A stretch of DNA of 64,000 nucleotides, from NCBI GenBank assembly GCA_021324885.1, contig JAJPIF010000029.1, forward strand, positions 1,078 through 65,077, in the 5' to 3' direction. Shown in pieces: positions 28,737 through 38,789 of this stretch. This stretch comes from Pseudomonadota bacterium (GTDB taxonomy: Bacteria; Desulfobacterota; Binatia; Binatales; Binataceae). Positions within the stretch are counted from its first letter, which is position 1. Every line of letters starts with the position of its first letter. Position numbers and translations under genes: made by a program. The notes beneath the pieces are model-generated. The model saw only the letters and a program-made list of their open reading frames with translations, searched no databases and was not told the origin of the DNA.

Positions 28737-29705
28737 TCAGGAGAAAGCCTCGAGCACCGCGCGCACGCCGCGGTCATAGCTGCCCTCGATCGGGACCGGA
28801 TAGAGCAGAACCCAGGAGGCGCCCGCGCGCTCGAACTCTTCGAGCTTTTTCCTGCAATCCTGCGCACTGCCCATTGCCGCAATCTCTTCAGCCATATGGT
28901 CGGAAACCGCCGCGGCGGCTCCCGCCATATTGCCGCTGCTCGCCGCGTTCATGATGCCCTCGGCTTCGCGCACAAAGCCCTGGCGCGCGAACAGGCGGTT
29001 GTAGAATGGCATCGAACCATACATCGCGAGGGTGCTCTTGACCGACTTCATCGCCACCGCCCGATCGGTGCATACGCAGCAATGCATAATCAGCGCGATT
29101 GCCACTTGCCCGCTATCGCGGCCGGCGCGCTGCGCGCCGCTTTTGATGCCGTCCACCACTTCGCTCAAACCACGAGGACCATAATTCAGTGGCAGACTGC
29201 CATCGGCAATCTCCCCCGTCAACCGGATACTGCCCGGGGAAATGCCCGCGATGTAAACGGAAATTCTGCCTTCCGCCCTGGGCGGCGTGAATCCGGGACG
29301 ATTGATTAGCGGCTCTCCCGCAAAGGCTTTGCGCAAGGTCGCGACGCAATTTCGCAACGCCGCCAGCGGCTTGTCCATGCTGATTCCATAAGCCGCATTG
29401 ACCGGCTGATGACTGGTGCCGAGGCCCAGCAGCAGGCGTCCCGGCGCCAACGCGTCGATGGTCATCGCGTGGCCGGCCAGCAGCGACGGGTGACGGGTGT
29501 AGATATTCGCGATCCCGGTACCGACCTCGATGCGCCTGGTAATCGACGCGATATGCTGAGCGACGGCCAGTGAGTCAGTGGCCGGCGTTTCCGTTACCAA
29601 AAAGCTGCGCAGGCCAATCTCTTCGGCCGTTTTGGCATATCCGCAAACGCGGCTTAAATTGTCCTTGCCGCCGCCGGCCATCACCAGAATTCCAGGTGTC
29701 CGCAT
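28737..29705 (-). CDS. LLM class flavin-dependent oxidoreductase
   Basis: VGTGIANIYTRHP, GRLLLGLGTSH, GEIADG. Confidence 0.9.
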   Translation of the reverse strand: MRTPGILVMAGGGKDNLSRVCGYAKTAEEIGLRSFLVTETPATDSLAVAQHIASITRRIEVGTGIANIYTRHPSLLAGHAMTIDALAPGRLLLGLGTSHQPVNAAYGISMDKPLAALRNCVATLRKAFAGEPLINRPGFTPPRAEGRISVYIAGISPGSIRLTGEIADGSLPLNYGPRGLSEVVDGIKSGAQRAGRDSGQVAIALIMHCCVCTDRAVAMKSVKSTLAMYGSMPFYNRLFARQGFVREAEGIMNAASSGNMAGAAAAVSDHMAEEIAAMGSAQDCRKKLEEFERAGASWVLLYPVPIEGSYDRGVRAVLEAFS

Positions 29706-29738
29706 TGGCCTTGCCTCCTGTGCCGTTAAGGCACCCGG

Positions 29739-31007
29739 TTAGATGATGCCGTCGCGTTGAAGCATCTCGATTTCATCCGCACTGAGCCCCAACAGATCGC
29801 CATAGACCAGCCGATTATCCTGACCCAGAGCCGGTGAACCGCGCCAAATCCTGCCCGGCGTCGCCGAAAGCCGCGGCACGACTCCGGTGCCGCGCACTTT
29901 GCCGGCCTCCTCGTCTTCCCATTGGATATGGATGCCGCGGGCCTGATAATGCGGGTTCTCGGCCATGTCCCTGCTCGACATCACTTTGGCGCACGGGATG
30001 CTGAGATCGCGCATCACCGCCAGCACTTCTTCCGAAGTTCGATCCGCCACCCAGGCGCGAAAGAGCGCGTCGAATTCCCATCCCTCGGCCGTGCCGACTT
30101 TATAAGTGATGCCCTGCCACTTCTCGGCTGTGGGATCGAGTCCGAGCAGACGGCAGATTTTGTCGCCATGAGCGGGGAGCGCCGCCGCAACCATCAACCA
30201 TCCGTCGCGCGAACGAAAAGTATCCAGCGGCTGGATCGCGGTGGCGCGGTTGCCCACCCTCTCGCGGATCAACCCGGTTTCGAAGTATTCGAGCATCGTG
30301 GGCCCAAGGATCTTGTGAATCACTTCGAACATCGCCACGTCGATCGACTGACCCTGGCCGGTCGCTCGGGCGTGCATGATGCAGGCGAGCGTGGCGGACA
30401 GCGCGCAAAAGGCGCTGACGTAATCGGCGGTCCAGGGCTGCGCGCGCACCGGCGGCTCAGGATCGGGAAAGCCCATCTGGTACATCATCCCGCCAAACGC
30501 CTGCGCGGTCGAATCGACACAGGCTCGCGGCACGTAGTCGGGATCGCCGGAGTGCCCATAGCCGGAAATATGCGCGATGACGAGGCGCGGATTAGCCTGG
30601 AGAATCGCGGCGTCGTCCAGCCCCCAACGCGCGAAGGTGCCGGGCTTGGACGATTCGATCCAGGCATCGGCCTGGCAGAGCAGCTTGAGAAAGAGGTCGC
30701 GTCCGCGCGGCTTGGAGGGATCCAGCGTGACTCCCAGCATGTTGCGCCGTTCCTGGATCCAGTTGGTCGTAACCGCAGGCTTGGATTTATCCTTGTTGGG
30801 CAGCCGGATTCCCGCCAAACGGTAGGGGTCGCCTTCACCGGCGCGCTCGATGTGGATCACCTCGGCGCCCCATTCGGCGGCGATTTCCGAAGCGAACGGT
30901 CCCGCGATAAAAACACCGGAGGAGATAATGCGCGTGCCGTGAAGCGGACCGAATTTTTCCGCGATCAGCAATTTCCTGCCAGTGACGGCTGTCGTCTTGT
31001 CGCTCAC
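29739..31007 (-). CDS. Family III CoA-transferase (CaiB-like)
   Basis: KFGPLHG..IAGPF..AEWGAEVIHIE, ISGYGHSG, WTADY (catalytic Asp). Confidence 0.93.
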   Translation of the reverse strand: MSDKTTAVTGRKLLIAEKFGPLHGTRIISSGVFIAGPFASEIAAEWGAEVIHIERAGEGDPYRLAGIRLPNKDKSKPAVTTNWIQERRNMLGVTLDPSKPRGRDLFLKLLCQADAWIESSKPGTFARWGLDDAAILQANPRLVIAHISGYGHSGDPDYVPRACVDSTAQAFGGMMYQMGFPDPEPPVRAQPWTADYVSAFCALSATLACIMHARATGQGQSIDVAMFEVIHKILGPTMLEYFETGLIRERVGNRATAIQPLDTFRSRDGWLMVAAALPAHGDKICRLLGLDPTAEKWQGITYKVGTAEGWEFDALFRAWVADRTSEEVLAVMRDLSIPCAKVMSSRDMAENPHYQARGIHIQWEDEEAGKVRGTGVVPRLSATPGRIWRGSPALGQDNRLVYGDLLGLSADEIEMLQRDGII

Positions 31008-31092
31008 CGTGCAGAAAAATAGACCCCGCCCGCATCCCGCTCAAGCGCCCGAGGGCGGCCGATTGCGTTCCAAATTCACCTATGCAGACCTC

Positions 31093-31701
31093 TCAGGAAC
31101 GCGCTTTTATCTCGACCAGCCGCAGCGCCAGTTCGTAATCGGCGGGCGTATTGACGTTGAGGAAGCTTACCAGAGGCTGATTGCAGCCGCGCAGTTCGTC
31201 TTCATTGATGATACGCGCCCGCAGCCGCGGCACCACTTCCTGCAACTTATGCCGCCCGGCTTCGATCATTGCCTGCAGCGCCGGCGCGCAGCTCCGGTAA
31301 TACGCAGCATGCAGCATCTGCAACCGCCCCTCGATTTCAGGAATCGCCGCCTCATAGCCAGCCGCCATCGCGCACAACGTCCTGGCCAGCTCGGCATTCA
31401 AAAAGGGCAGATCGCATCCACAGGCGAACGCGACATCGCCCTTGATCGCATCAAGTCCAAGGCGCAGAGCCTTGAGCGGACCCTCAAAGGGCTGGTCATC
31501 AAACACAACGCGCGCCCCTGAACCTGTCACAACGCCGGCCTGCTCGGCGCGGCACACAACTACAACGTCTTCAAACAGCCGGCTCAGCTCCGCAACCGTA
31601 TGCTGAATCAAGGTCGCCCCTTTCCAGGCCAACGCCGCCTTGTCGGTCCCCATCCTGGAACTGCGTCCTCCGGCCAGAACGATCGCGCTGTAAACGTCCA
31701 C
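31093..31701 (-). CDS. mobA: Molybdenum cofactor guanylyltransferase
   Basis: IVLAGGRSSRMGTDKA, GPL, CDLPFL, FLNVNTPAD; start uncertain (GTG 31701). Confidence 0.93.
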   Translation of the reverse strand: MDVYSAIVLAGGRSSRMGTDKAALAWKGATLIQHTVAELSRLFEDVVVVCRAEQAGVVTGSGARVVFDDQPFEGPLKALRLGLDAIKGDVAFACGCDLPFLNAELARTLCAMAAGYEAAIPEIEGRLQMLHAAYYRSCAPALQAMIEAGRHKLQEVVPRLRARIINEDELRGCNQPLVSFLNVNTPADYELALRLVEIKARS

Positions 31702-31921
31702 GGCGAAAACACTACCATTATCCGTGCCTCTCCCCCATTCCAGACCCATTGCAGGAGCAGCGAAGGTTGGAAAAAAAAGAGTTTGTGAAGGGAGCGACTG
31801 GCATTCGCACGGAACTGACAATGCTTCATTCGAAGTCGGCGGCCCGTCATCCGCGGGCCGGCGAGCTTGAGGATCTCTGCTACAATCCAGGCGCGCACAA
31901 ACGATGCAAGCGAGGTAGGCG

Positions 31922-32332
31922 ATGCGGGAAGATATGATCGAGCTGGCTCACGCCCATGCGGCTGCCGAGGGCAGCGGCGACCTCGAAGCGACCCTGCGAA
32001 CGCTGGAGCCCGATCCGGTGTATGAATTACAGCCCGAAGGCCGGGTGTTGCGGGGGATGGACGCCGTACGCCGTTATTATCAGCACTTTTTCAATAACTT
32101 CCAGCCGCTGGTGGAAGGTTATGAGATGCGCAGCGAATGGATCAGCAACGAAGGCGTTGGCCAGGAATATATAATTCATCTCCGCCTCCCGGACGGCCGC
32201 AAAGAGAATCACGCAATTATCGGTATCCTGCTTTTCGGCAAAACCGGACTTGCCGGCGAGCGGCTGTGGGCAAGCGAACGGCTGCTGCGCCTGATGATGG
32301 GGCCGGTGTATGAGAGCGCTACCGCGATTTGA
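31922..32332 (+). CDS. NTF2/SnoaL-like protein
   Basis: HAAAE..GDLEATL.TL..DPVYE, GMDAVRRYY, GERLW; GAGG SD. Confidence 0.8.
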   Translation: MREDMIELAHAHAAAEGSGDLEATLRTLEPDPVYELQPEGRVLRGMDAVRRYYQHFFNNFQPLVEGYEMRSEWISNEGVGQEYIIHLRLPDGRKENHAIIGILLFGKTGLAGERLWASERLLRLMMGPVYESATAI

Positions 32333-32469
32333 AAGACGCCCGGCGCCACGCGCGGCCGTTGATCGAGTTGGAGCGCCTGGATTCAAGTGCAAATCTGCGC
32401 CGCCGCGGCGCGCTCGCATGGAGCGTTGCGCTATACTGGCGCCAGCTTCAGGCAAAGGGATTGAGAACG

Positions 32470-33150
32470 ATGGACGAAATCGGGCTATTCGAAGCGATCC
32501 AGACCGCGCGTGCGCTGCGCCGGTTCAAGCCGGAGCCGGTGGCGGACGAACTCATAACCCGCATCCTCGACGCCGCGATCAGGGCGCCTTCGGCCAGCAA
32601 TACGCAGAACTGGGCCTTTGTCGTGGTGAAGGACGCCGATCAGCGCCGGCGCGTCGCCGAGATCTATCGGCGCGCTTTCACCCTGATGACCGCGATGTAC
32701 CGCGAGCGGAAGCCGGCGCCGCATCAGAGCGCGGCCGGCTACAAAAGGATGATGAGCGCGGCCGAACATCTGGCCAATCATCTGCACGAGGTGCCGGTCC
32801 TGATCATCGCGGGTCTGATGATTGCGTCCGCCGGCTTCAAACCGCCGGCCGAGGATGCCCAAAGGGTGGCCTCAGCCAGAGCGATAATCTCCGGCGCCAG
32901 CATCTATCCCGCGGTGCAGAACATGCTTTTGGCATGCCGCGCATTGGGACTTGGCTCGGTGCTGACGACGATCCATGCCTATTACAATGACGACGTGCGC
33001 GCCGCGCTGGGCCTGCCGCCGGAGTTCGTAACCTACGCAATGCTGCCCATCGGATATCCGCAACCAGGATTCGGTCACGGTCCGGTCAAGCGCCGTCCGC
33101 TGAGCGAAGTGGCCTGCCTCGACCGTTGGGGCAATAGTTGGCGCGCCTGA
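32470..33150 (+). CDS. Nitroreductase family protein
   Basis: TARALRRFKPEPV, APSASNTQNW, SIYPAVQNMLLACRALGLG, PIGYP. Confidence 0.93.
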   Translation: MDEIGLFEAIQTARALRRFKPEPVADELITRILDAAIRAPSASNTQNWAFVVVKDADQRRRVAEIYRRAFTLMTAMYRERKPAPHQSAAGYKRMMSAAEHLANHLHEVPVLIIAGLMIASAGFKPPAEDAQRVASARAIISGASIYPAVQNMLLACRALGLGSVLTTIHAYYNDDVRAALGLPPEFVTYAMLPIGYPQPGFGHGPVKRRPLSEVACLDRWGNSWRA

Positions 33151-33205
33151 GGAAAGCCCTCCCTGCGCTGCGGGCGGAGCGTCAGCGCAGACCGGCGCAG
33201 GCGCC

Positions 33206-33703
33206 TTAGCGCGGAGCCAGCATCACGTCTCCCGCTTTGATTGCTTCCTCGGTGTTGCGCGCAAGCTTGATTCTGTAGGCCAGTCGGATCAGCCGCTCCG
33301 AGAATCTCCATCCCTCCGGGGTCCGGCGCAGCCGGTCGAAATAGGTGCCGCCGGCCTGGATCAGCGTGTTGTTCTCCTCGCGGATCTCGTCCCAGTAAAC
33401 GCTTGCAGTTGCCGTATCCCCGCTCAGTTCGATCAGCGGATTCTTGTAGCGATGGCGAAGAAGGCGATTGGCCCGGTTATTCACCGCCCTACCCTTGTAA
33501 AATTCCTCGACCGCCTTGCGCCCGTCGTGACGCTCCTGGGGACCGCTGCCGATCTGAACCACGAGGTTGGAAGGATCGTCAAAGGTCGACAACACCATCT
33601 CCAGGTTGACCGTATCCACGCCGCGGCCGTAACGGTACATCAGGTCCCTGATTGCCTCGCGATCGGCCAGCTCGCGAATCAGTCTGGCTTCGTGCGCTTC
33701 CAT
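33206..33703 (-). CDS. SnoaL-like/NTF2 family protein (BaiE/LinA-like)
   Basis: LADREAIRDLMYRYGRGVD...GGTYFDRLRRTPEGWRFSER. Confidence 0.88.
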   Translation of the reverse strand: MEAHEARLIRELADREAIRDLMYRYGRGVDTVNLEMVLSTFDDPSNLVVQIGSGPQERHDGRKAVEEFYKGRAVNNRANRLLRHRYKNPLIELSGDTATASVYWDEIREENNTLIQAGGTYFDRLRRTPEGWRFSERLIRLAYRIKLARNTEEAIKAGDVMLAPR

Positions 33704-33844
33704 CTATCGCGTTCCTTTCAATGGTTTGGCGTAAGTTAGGCGGCGGGATTTGGCGCGGTCAAGCGCGCGCGCCGGTCGTTGCAAAAGCGATCGCCGCCGG
33801 ATAAAACCCGGACATCCCCGAGGTCCTTAATGGGAGAAACGCCG

Positions 33845-34156
33845 ATGGCACTTTACGTTCACGCGACCATCAAGATAAAACCCGGCAAACTGTTCGAAGC
33901 CTACGAACTGCTGGGCCGCATTGTCCCTGAAATGGAAAAGGGCGGATGGAAACTGGTCGCCGCCTACCAGGGCCTGATCGGCCACACCAGCACGATTGTC
34001 GATATCTGGTAAGTTCCAGACGCCAACGCCGTGCCGGCCTTGATGGGTTCGCTGGCGGCCAATCCCAAAATGGCAGACGTCGCGCCCAAACTGCTCGACC
34101 TCATGGCCGAGGAGGAATTTCTCCAGGTAATGGTCAAGGCGCCTTACTCGCCGTAA
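33845..34156 (+). pseudogene. NIPSNAP-like protein interrupted by an in-frame TAA at 34010-34012
   Basis: MALYVHATIKIKPGK...GWKLVAAY...VDIW*VPDANAV...MVKAPYSP*. The frame continues in family-like fashion after the stop. Confidence 0.8.
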
Positions 34157-34524
34157 GCCTTGTGGCGCGCCGCCTCGTCAGGCCGACAGTCAGCGCTTGC
34201 CTGCTTAGGCGCCGATGGCCAGCGCCACGGTTCCATGCCGCGAGTCGCGCAAACTTTCGCCGGCGTTGTTGACCTGCGCCTGCTTCGCTATTTCCGCGCT
34301 GGGGCGGCGCCGAGCAACGCATCGGCGCCCTGCGGGAGCGGGCGCGGGCGGTAGCGGCGCCGTCCGCCGCACGTCCGGTCTGCGATGAAATCGAGCAGGC
34401 CGAAGCGCTGGCGCAAGGTGATGGCGCATCTGGCGACCCCCCGTGTCGTCTCGGCCTCGACGCCCTTGACTTTGATCCGGCGCCGGCCTAAGCGGGAGCC
34501 AGAGAAGCCAGGAGGACCAGGACG

Positions 34525-35631
34525 ATGACCCCACGCAGAGTCATTTCCGCCGATTCTCATATGACCGAGCCGGCCGATTTGTGGCTCGAACGTCTCGATC
34601 GCAAGTACCGCGACGTTGCCCCGCGCGTGGTGCTGAGCGAGGAGAAGAGAGGGCCGGTGTGGATGTTCGTCGGCCCGGGAATCCATCCCACACCGGTGGC
34701 CGGACTGTTTTCCGCCGGCAAGCGCGGCGCCGAACTGCGCGAGCATTTCAAACACGGCTACGATGCGGCGCGGCCCGGCGGATGGGATCCGGTGGAGCGG
34801 CTCAAGGACCAGGATATCGACGGGGTCGTGGCCGAAGTGCTGTATTCGTCGCTGGGGCTCAAGGTGTTTGGCGTCAACGACCCTGAACTGCAGAGCGCCT
34901 GCCTCAAGGTTTACAATGACTGGCTGGCGGAGTTCTGCTCTCACAACTCCAAGCGGTTAATCGGCGTGGGGCTTTATTCGCTCGATTCGCTGCCCGATGT
35001 CTCCGAAATCGAGCGCTGCGCGAAGATGGGGCTCAAGGGCATTTTGATTCTCGCCAGCGATACGATCCCGGTGCCTTACAGCGACGCCAGATTCGATCCG
35101 CTGTGGCGCGCCTGCTCCGAACTGAACCTGCCGATCTCGCTGCATAAGCCGCTGGTCTCGGGGATGGCGGTGACGCCCGCGATGCCGACGGCGGCGGACC
35201 TGCAAATCTACGTCGTGCACATCGTCGAGCAATGCATGACGCGCATGATCTATGGCGGCGTGTTCGAACGATTTCCGCGGCTCAAAGTGATCTCCGCGGA
35301 GAACGACGTGGGGTGGATCGCCAACTGGGCCCATCGCCTGGACCACGTGCACGGCATGATCCCGACCCGCGGCGGCATGACGATGAAGCCCAGCGATTAC
35401 GTGCGGCGCAACGTTTACGCCACCTTCCAGGACGATCCGCTCGGACCGGGCACCTGGCGGTTTTTCGGCGCCGATAATTTCATGTGGGCGTCGGATTTCC
35501 CGCACACCGACTCGACCTTCCCCAATTCGCTCAAAGTGATCGAGCAGAACTTCGCCGGCGTGCCGGATGACGTCACGGACAAAATCGTGTTCAGCAACGC
35601 CAACCGGCTCTACGACCTCGGCCTGTCGTAA
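34525..35631 (+). CDS. Amidohydrolase family 2 protein
   Basis: ISADSHMTEP, DGVVAEVLY, ISLH, WASDFPH; GGAGG SD. Confidence 0.93.
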   Translation: MTPRRVISADSHMTEPADLWLERLDRKYRDVAPRVVLSEEKRGPVWMFVGPGIHPTPVAGLFSAGKRGAELREHFKHGYDAARPGGWDPVERLKDQDIDGVVAEVLYSSLGLKVFGVNDPELQSACLKVYNDWLAEFCSHNSKRLIGVGLYSLDSLPDVSEIERCAKMGLKGILILASDTIPVPYSDARFDPLWRACSELNLPISLHKPLVSGMAVTPAMPTAADLQIYVVHIVEQCMTRMIYGGVFERFPRLKVISAENDVGWIANWAHRLDHVHGMIPTRGGMTMKPSDYVRRNVYATFQDDPLGPGTWRFFGADNFMWASDFPHTDSTFPNSLKVIEQNFAGVPDDVTDKIVFSNANRLYDLGLS

Positions 35632-35796
35632 AAGGCGCCAAAAGCTGTCCGGGCCCGCGACGCGGCGCCTCGCAAAACCAACGCCCGCGTCGGCCAGCGC
35701 GCGGCCGGCCGCGACGCGGCGGGTCGGACCCGCTCATGTCAGATGTGAGCCGGATTAAGGCAATCGGCGCTTGGCAGCTTTTCGCGCAGACGATTC

Positions 35797-36678
35797 CTAA
35801 ACCGGCCGCCTGATTTTGCTTTTTGGCACCGGCAGTCCGGGAATATCCGTGCGCGTTTTGTACACGGTGCCGGCCTGGCCTCCACCCTTGGCGCAAACCA
35901 CCACCAGGTCGCGCATGTCGGGTCCGCCGAAGACCAGAGTTACGGGCTTTTTGGTCGGCGCCTCAAACTGCCGATCGACCCGTCCGTCAGCGCCGAACCG
36001 GATGATCATCCCGCCAAACAGCGCCGGCGCCCATACTCCCCCTTGCGCGTCCACCGCCATCCCGTCCGGCCAGCCCCATCCCTCTTCGAACCGCGCGAAT
36101 ACGCGTCGATTCGCCAGACGGCGGTCCGCCGTGACATCGTACGCGAAGATTACCCTGGCAAACGCATCAACGTGATAAAGCGTGTTGCCGTCGGGACTGA
36201 AGCCCATTCCGTTGCTCAGCTCCAGGCCGCCTTCCCAGACCACGCTGACCTTGCCGTTGGGATCGATCCGATACACGTCGCCGGGATCGGTATTGCCCAA
36301 TCCGTCGGGTCTCTTGCCTGGCTTTGGATTGGTGCTGCCGACGAACACGCTGCCGTCGCGATCGACGGTCAAATCATTGAAGCCGTGAGTAAGCTTGCCC
36401 GGATAGGTTTTGAGGAGGTCGGTCAGCTTGCCGCTTTTCGCATCCCAGTACGCCACGCTGGGGCCGCTGACGATCAGGCCGCCGTCTTCGGTAAAGGCCA
36501 TCCCGCCAACGCTCTTGCGATCGGTCGAGATGACGTTCTCGGGCTGGCCGCCGGGGGCGACGCGAAAAACGCCGCCGCCGGTGATGTCCGAGAAGTACAC
36601 GACGCCGTTGTCATCGATGCGGGGCGCTTCCAGCAGTCCGAAACCGGTGGCGATCGCCTCGTATTTCAGTGATTCCAT
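35797..36678 (-). CDS. SMP-30/gluconolactonase/LRE family protein
   Basis: LEAP, FNDL, SNGMGFSPDG, PDGMAVDAQG, FGGPDM. Confidence 0.93.
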   Translation of the reverse strand: MESLKYEAIATGFGLLEAPRIDDNGVVYFSDITGGGVFRVAPGGQPENVISTDRKSVGGMAFTEDGGLIVSGPSVAYWDAKSGKLTDLLKTYPGKLTHGFNDLTVDRDGSVFVGSTNPKPGKRPDGLGNTDPGDVYRIDPNGKVSVVWEGGLELSNGMGFSPDGNTLYHVDAFARVIFAYDVTADRRLANRRVFARFEEGWGWPDGMAVDAQGGVWAPALFGGMIIRFGADGRVDRQFEAPTKKPVTLVFGGPDMRDLVVVCAKGGGQAGTVYKTRTDIPGLPVPKSKIRRPV

Positions 36679-36731
36679 GCTTTGACTCCCGGCACTTCGC
36701 GCGCGCATTCCCGTTGCGCGATTGCCTGTGG

Positions 36732-37586
36732 TTATTGAAATCTGGAAACCAGCTTTTCGTGAACCGTGCGCAGCGCGCCCAGCGAATCGCGCGCGACCAG
36801 TTCCGTAGTCGGCAGGACGCGTTCGACGCCGGCGTCCTGCAGGCGGCGGATGTCATCCACCGTGATTCCCTTCCATTGCGTGCCGAAGGTGATTTCCAGC
36901 GGTTTGGCCCGTTGATAGCCCTTTTCGATGGCGCGCAACTTCTTAATCAACGCCAACGCGTCGTTGAGGTTTTTCGACAGCCCATACCATCCGTCGCCGA
37001 GGCGGGCGGCGCGTTTCATCGCGGCCTCGGTGTTGCCGCCGATAATGTATGGCGGATGGGGCTGCTGGACGGTTTTGGGTGCGAAATAAAAGCCACGAGT
37101 CCTGACGGTTTTGCCCTCGTATTCCGGCAGCGGCTGCGTGAACAGGGCCTCCATCAATTTCAGCGCCTCGTTGCTGCGGCGAGCCCGATTGTCCCAGTCC
37201 TCGCCCACCCACTCGAATTCCTCTTTGAGCCATCCCACGCCGATTCCGAACAGAAAGCGGCCGTTGGAGAGCTGATCGAGCGTGGCCACCAGCTTGGCAA
37301 CCACGAACGGATTGCGCAGCGGCAGAACGAATACTCCCGTGCCAAATTTGATTTTGCTCGTGACCGCGGACAGATAGGCAAACACCATCAGCGGGTCGGG
37401 AATTGCGGAGTCGGCGCGCACCGGCGGCACACCGGCCGGATCGTATGGATAGGTCGATTTGAATTCGGTCGGGAAGCCGATATGTTCGCCCATCCAGGCC
37501 GATTCAAAGCCCAATTCCTCCGCCAGCCGGGCGTTGGCCGCCAGATCTTCTCCTCGCCGCTGCCACAAAAAGGCGCCAAATTTCAT
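36732..37586 (-). CDS. LLM class, probably F420-dependent oxidoreductase (TIGR03619-like)
   Basis: AEELGFESAWMGEH, ATLDQLSNGRFLFGIGVGWLKEEF, PKTVQQPHPP, RAARLGDGW. Confidence 0.9.
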   Translation of the reverse strand: MKFGAFLWQRRGEDLAANARLAEELGFESAWMGEHIGFPTEFKSTYPYDPAGVPPVRADSAIPDPLMVFAYLSAVTSKIKFGTGVFVLPLRNPFVVAKLVATLDQLSNGRFLFGIGVGWLKEEFEWVGEDWDNRARRSNEALKLMEALFTQPLPEYEGKTVRTRGFYFAPKTVQQPHPPYIIGGNTEAAMKRAARLGDGWYGLSKNLNDALALIKKLRAIEKGYQRAKPLEITFGTQWKGITVDDIRRLQDAGVERVLPTTELVARDSLGALRTVHEKLVSRFQ

Positions 37587-37900
37587 CGTCTTCGATCCTC
37601 CTAAACCGGTTTCAAAGTCGGGCGGTCGCTCGGTTCGCGATCGTCAAAACACCACGACCGGTGCGGTATCGTGCGCCAATTGGAAAAAGAGCGCAACTGC
37701 TCTCCGACGTTTGGCACTTTCGGAATTCGGACAATCGGGCCGAGAAATCAGGACGCCCGCTCAATGACCGGACGCGACCAGCGGCTTGTGCGTAAGCTCC
37801 CCGGATTGGGCCAAATGCCACAGCCCGGAGCATTGCCAGTGGAGCGGCGGCAAGCTCGATGATATAGTGCGATGCTTTCGACATCCGTGGAGGATCGAAA

Positions 37901-38785
37901 ATGGTTCAGGTCACCGAGTTGGGCTATATCGGAATTGAGGTCAGCAATCCCGAGGAATGGAAGACGTTTGCCACCGAAGTCGTTGGCCTGGAACTGGCCG
38001 ACGACGGCGAGCCTGACCGCTGGTACCTGCGCATGGATTACTGGCATCACCGGATCGTGATGCATCGTGGGGCGGGCGACGACCTTGCCTACCTCGGTTT
38101 TCGCGTCGCGGGCGGCGAAGAATTTCGCGAGATCCAGCGGCAGTTGGCCGACGCCGGAATCGAGTTTCGCCTTGGCACTGACGAGGAAGCTGCCGAACGC
38201 CACGTGCTGGAAGTTATGAAACTGACCGACCCCGGCGGCAATCCTGTCGAGATTTTCCACGGACCCGAAGTCCAGCCCGGCAAGCCGTTTCATCCGGGAC
38301 GCCGGATGCATGGGCGTTTCAAAACCGCCGGCGGCGGCCTGGGCCATTGCATAATCCGGCAGCACGACGTGAATGCGGCATACCGGTTCTACACTGCCCT
38401 GGGGATGCGCGGCGGAATTGAATACAGGATGCGGATGGGCCAGCGTATCGTCGAGCCGGTGTTCATGCATTGCAACGAGCGCGATCATACAGTGGCTTTC
38501 GGCATCGGCGCCGGCGGACCGCGCCTCAATCACATCATGGTCGAGGTGGAAAACTTCGATGATATCGGGCTGACCCATGAAATCGTCAGCGAGCGCAATA
38601 TCCCGATCATCATCGGCCTGGGCAAGCATTCCAACGATCAGATGTATTCGTTTTACTTCCGCAATCCTTCCGGATGGGCAATCGAATACGGATGGGGCGG
38701 GCGGCCGGCGACGCACCAGTCCGAATATTACGTCAAGGACATGTACCGGCAAAAACTGCCCGGGAACCTGGAACCGAAACGCTGA
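37901..38785 (+). CDS. Type I extradiol ring-cleavage dioxygenase (NahC/BphC-like)
   Basis: YLRMDYWHHRI; Fe ligands GLGHC, NHIM, IEYG; HCNERDH; GKHSND. Confidence 0.93.
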   Translation: MVQVTELGYIGIEVSNPEEWKTFATEVVGLELADDGEPDRWYLRMDYWHHRIVMHRGAGDDLAYLGFRVAGGEEFREIQRQLADAGIEFRLGTDEEAAERHVLEVMKLTDPGGNPVEIFHGPEVQPGKPFHPGRRMHGRFKTAGGGLGHCIIRQHDVNAAYRFYTALGMRGGIEYRMRMGQRIVEPVFMHCNERDHTVAFGIGAGGPRLNHIMVEVENFDDIGLTHEIVSERNIPIIIGLGKHSNDQMYSFYFRNPSGWAIEYGWGGRPATHQSEYYVKDMYRQKLPGNLEPKR

Positions 38786-38789
38786 CCCG

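Noticed and set aside
34157-34524. Short ORFs in the intergenic region before the amidohydrolase
   Set aside because: Arg/Ala/Pro-rich low-information translations without SD or motifs.
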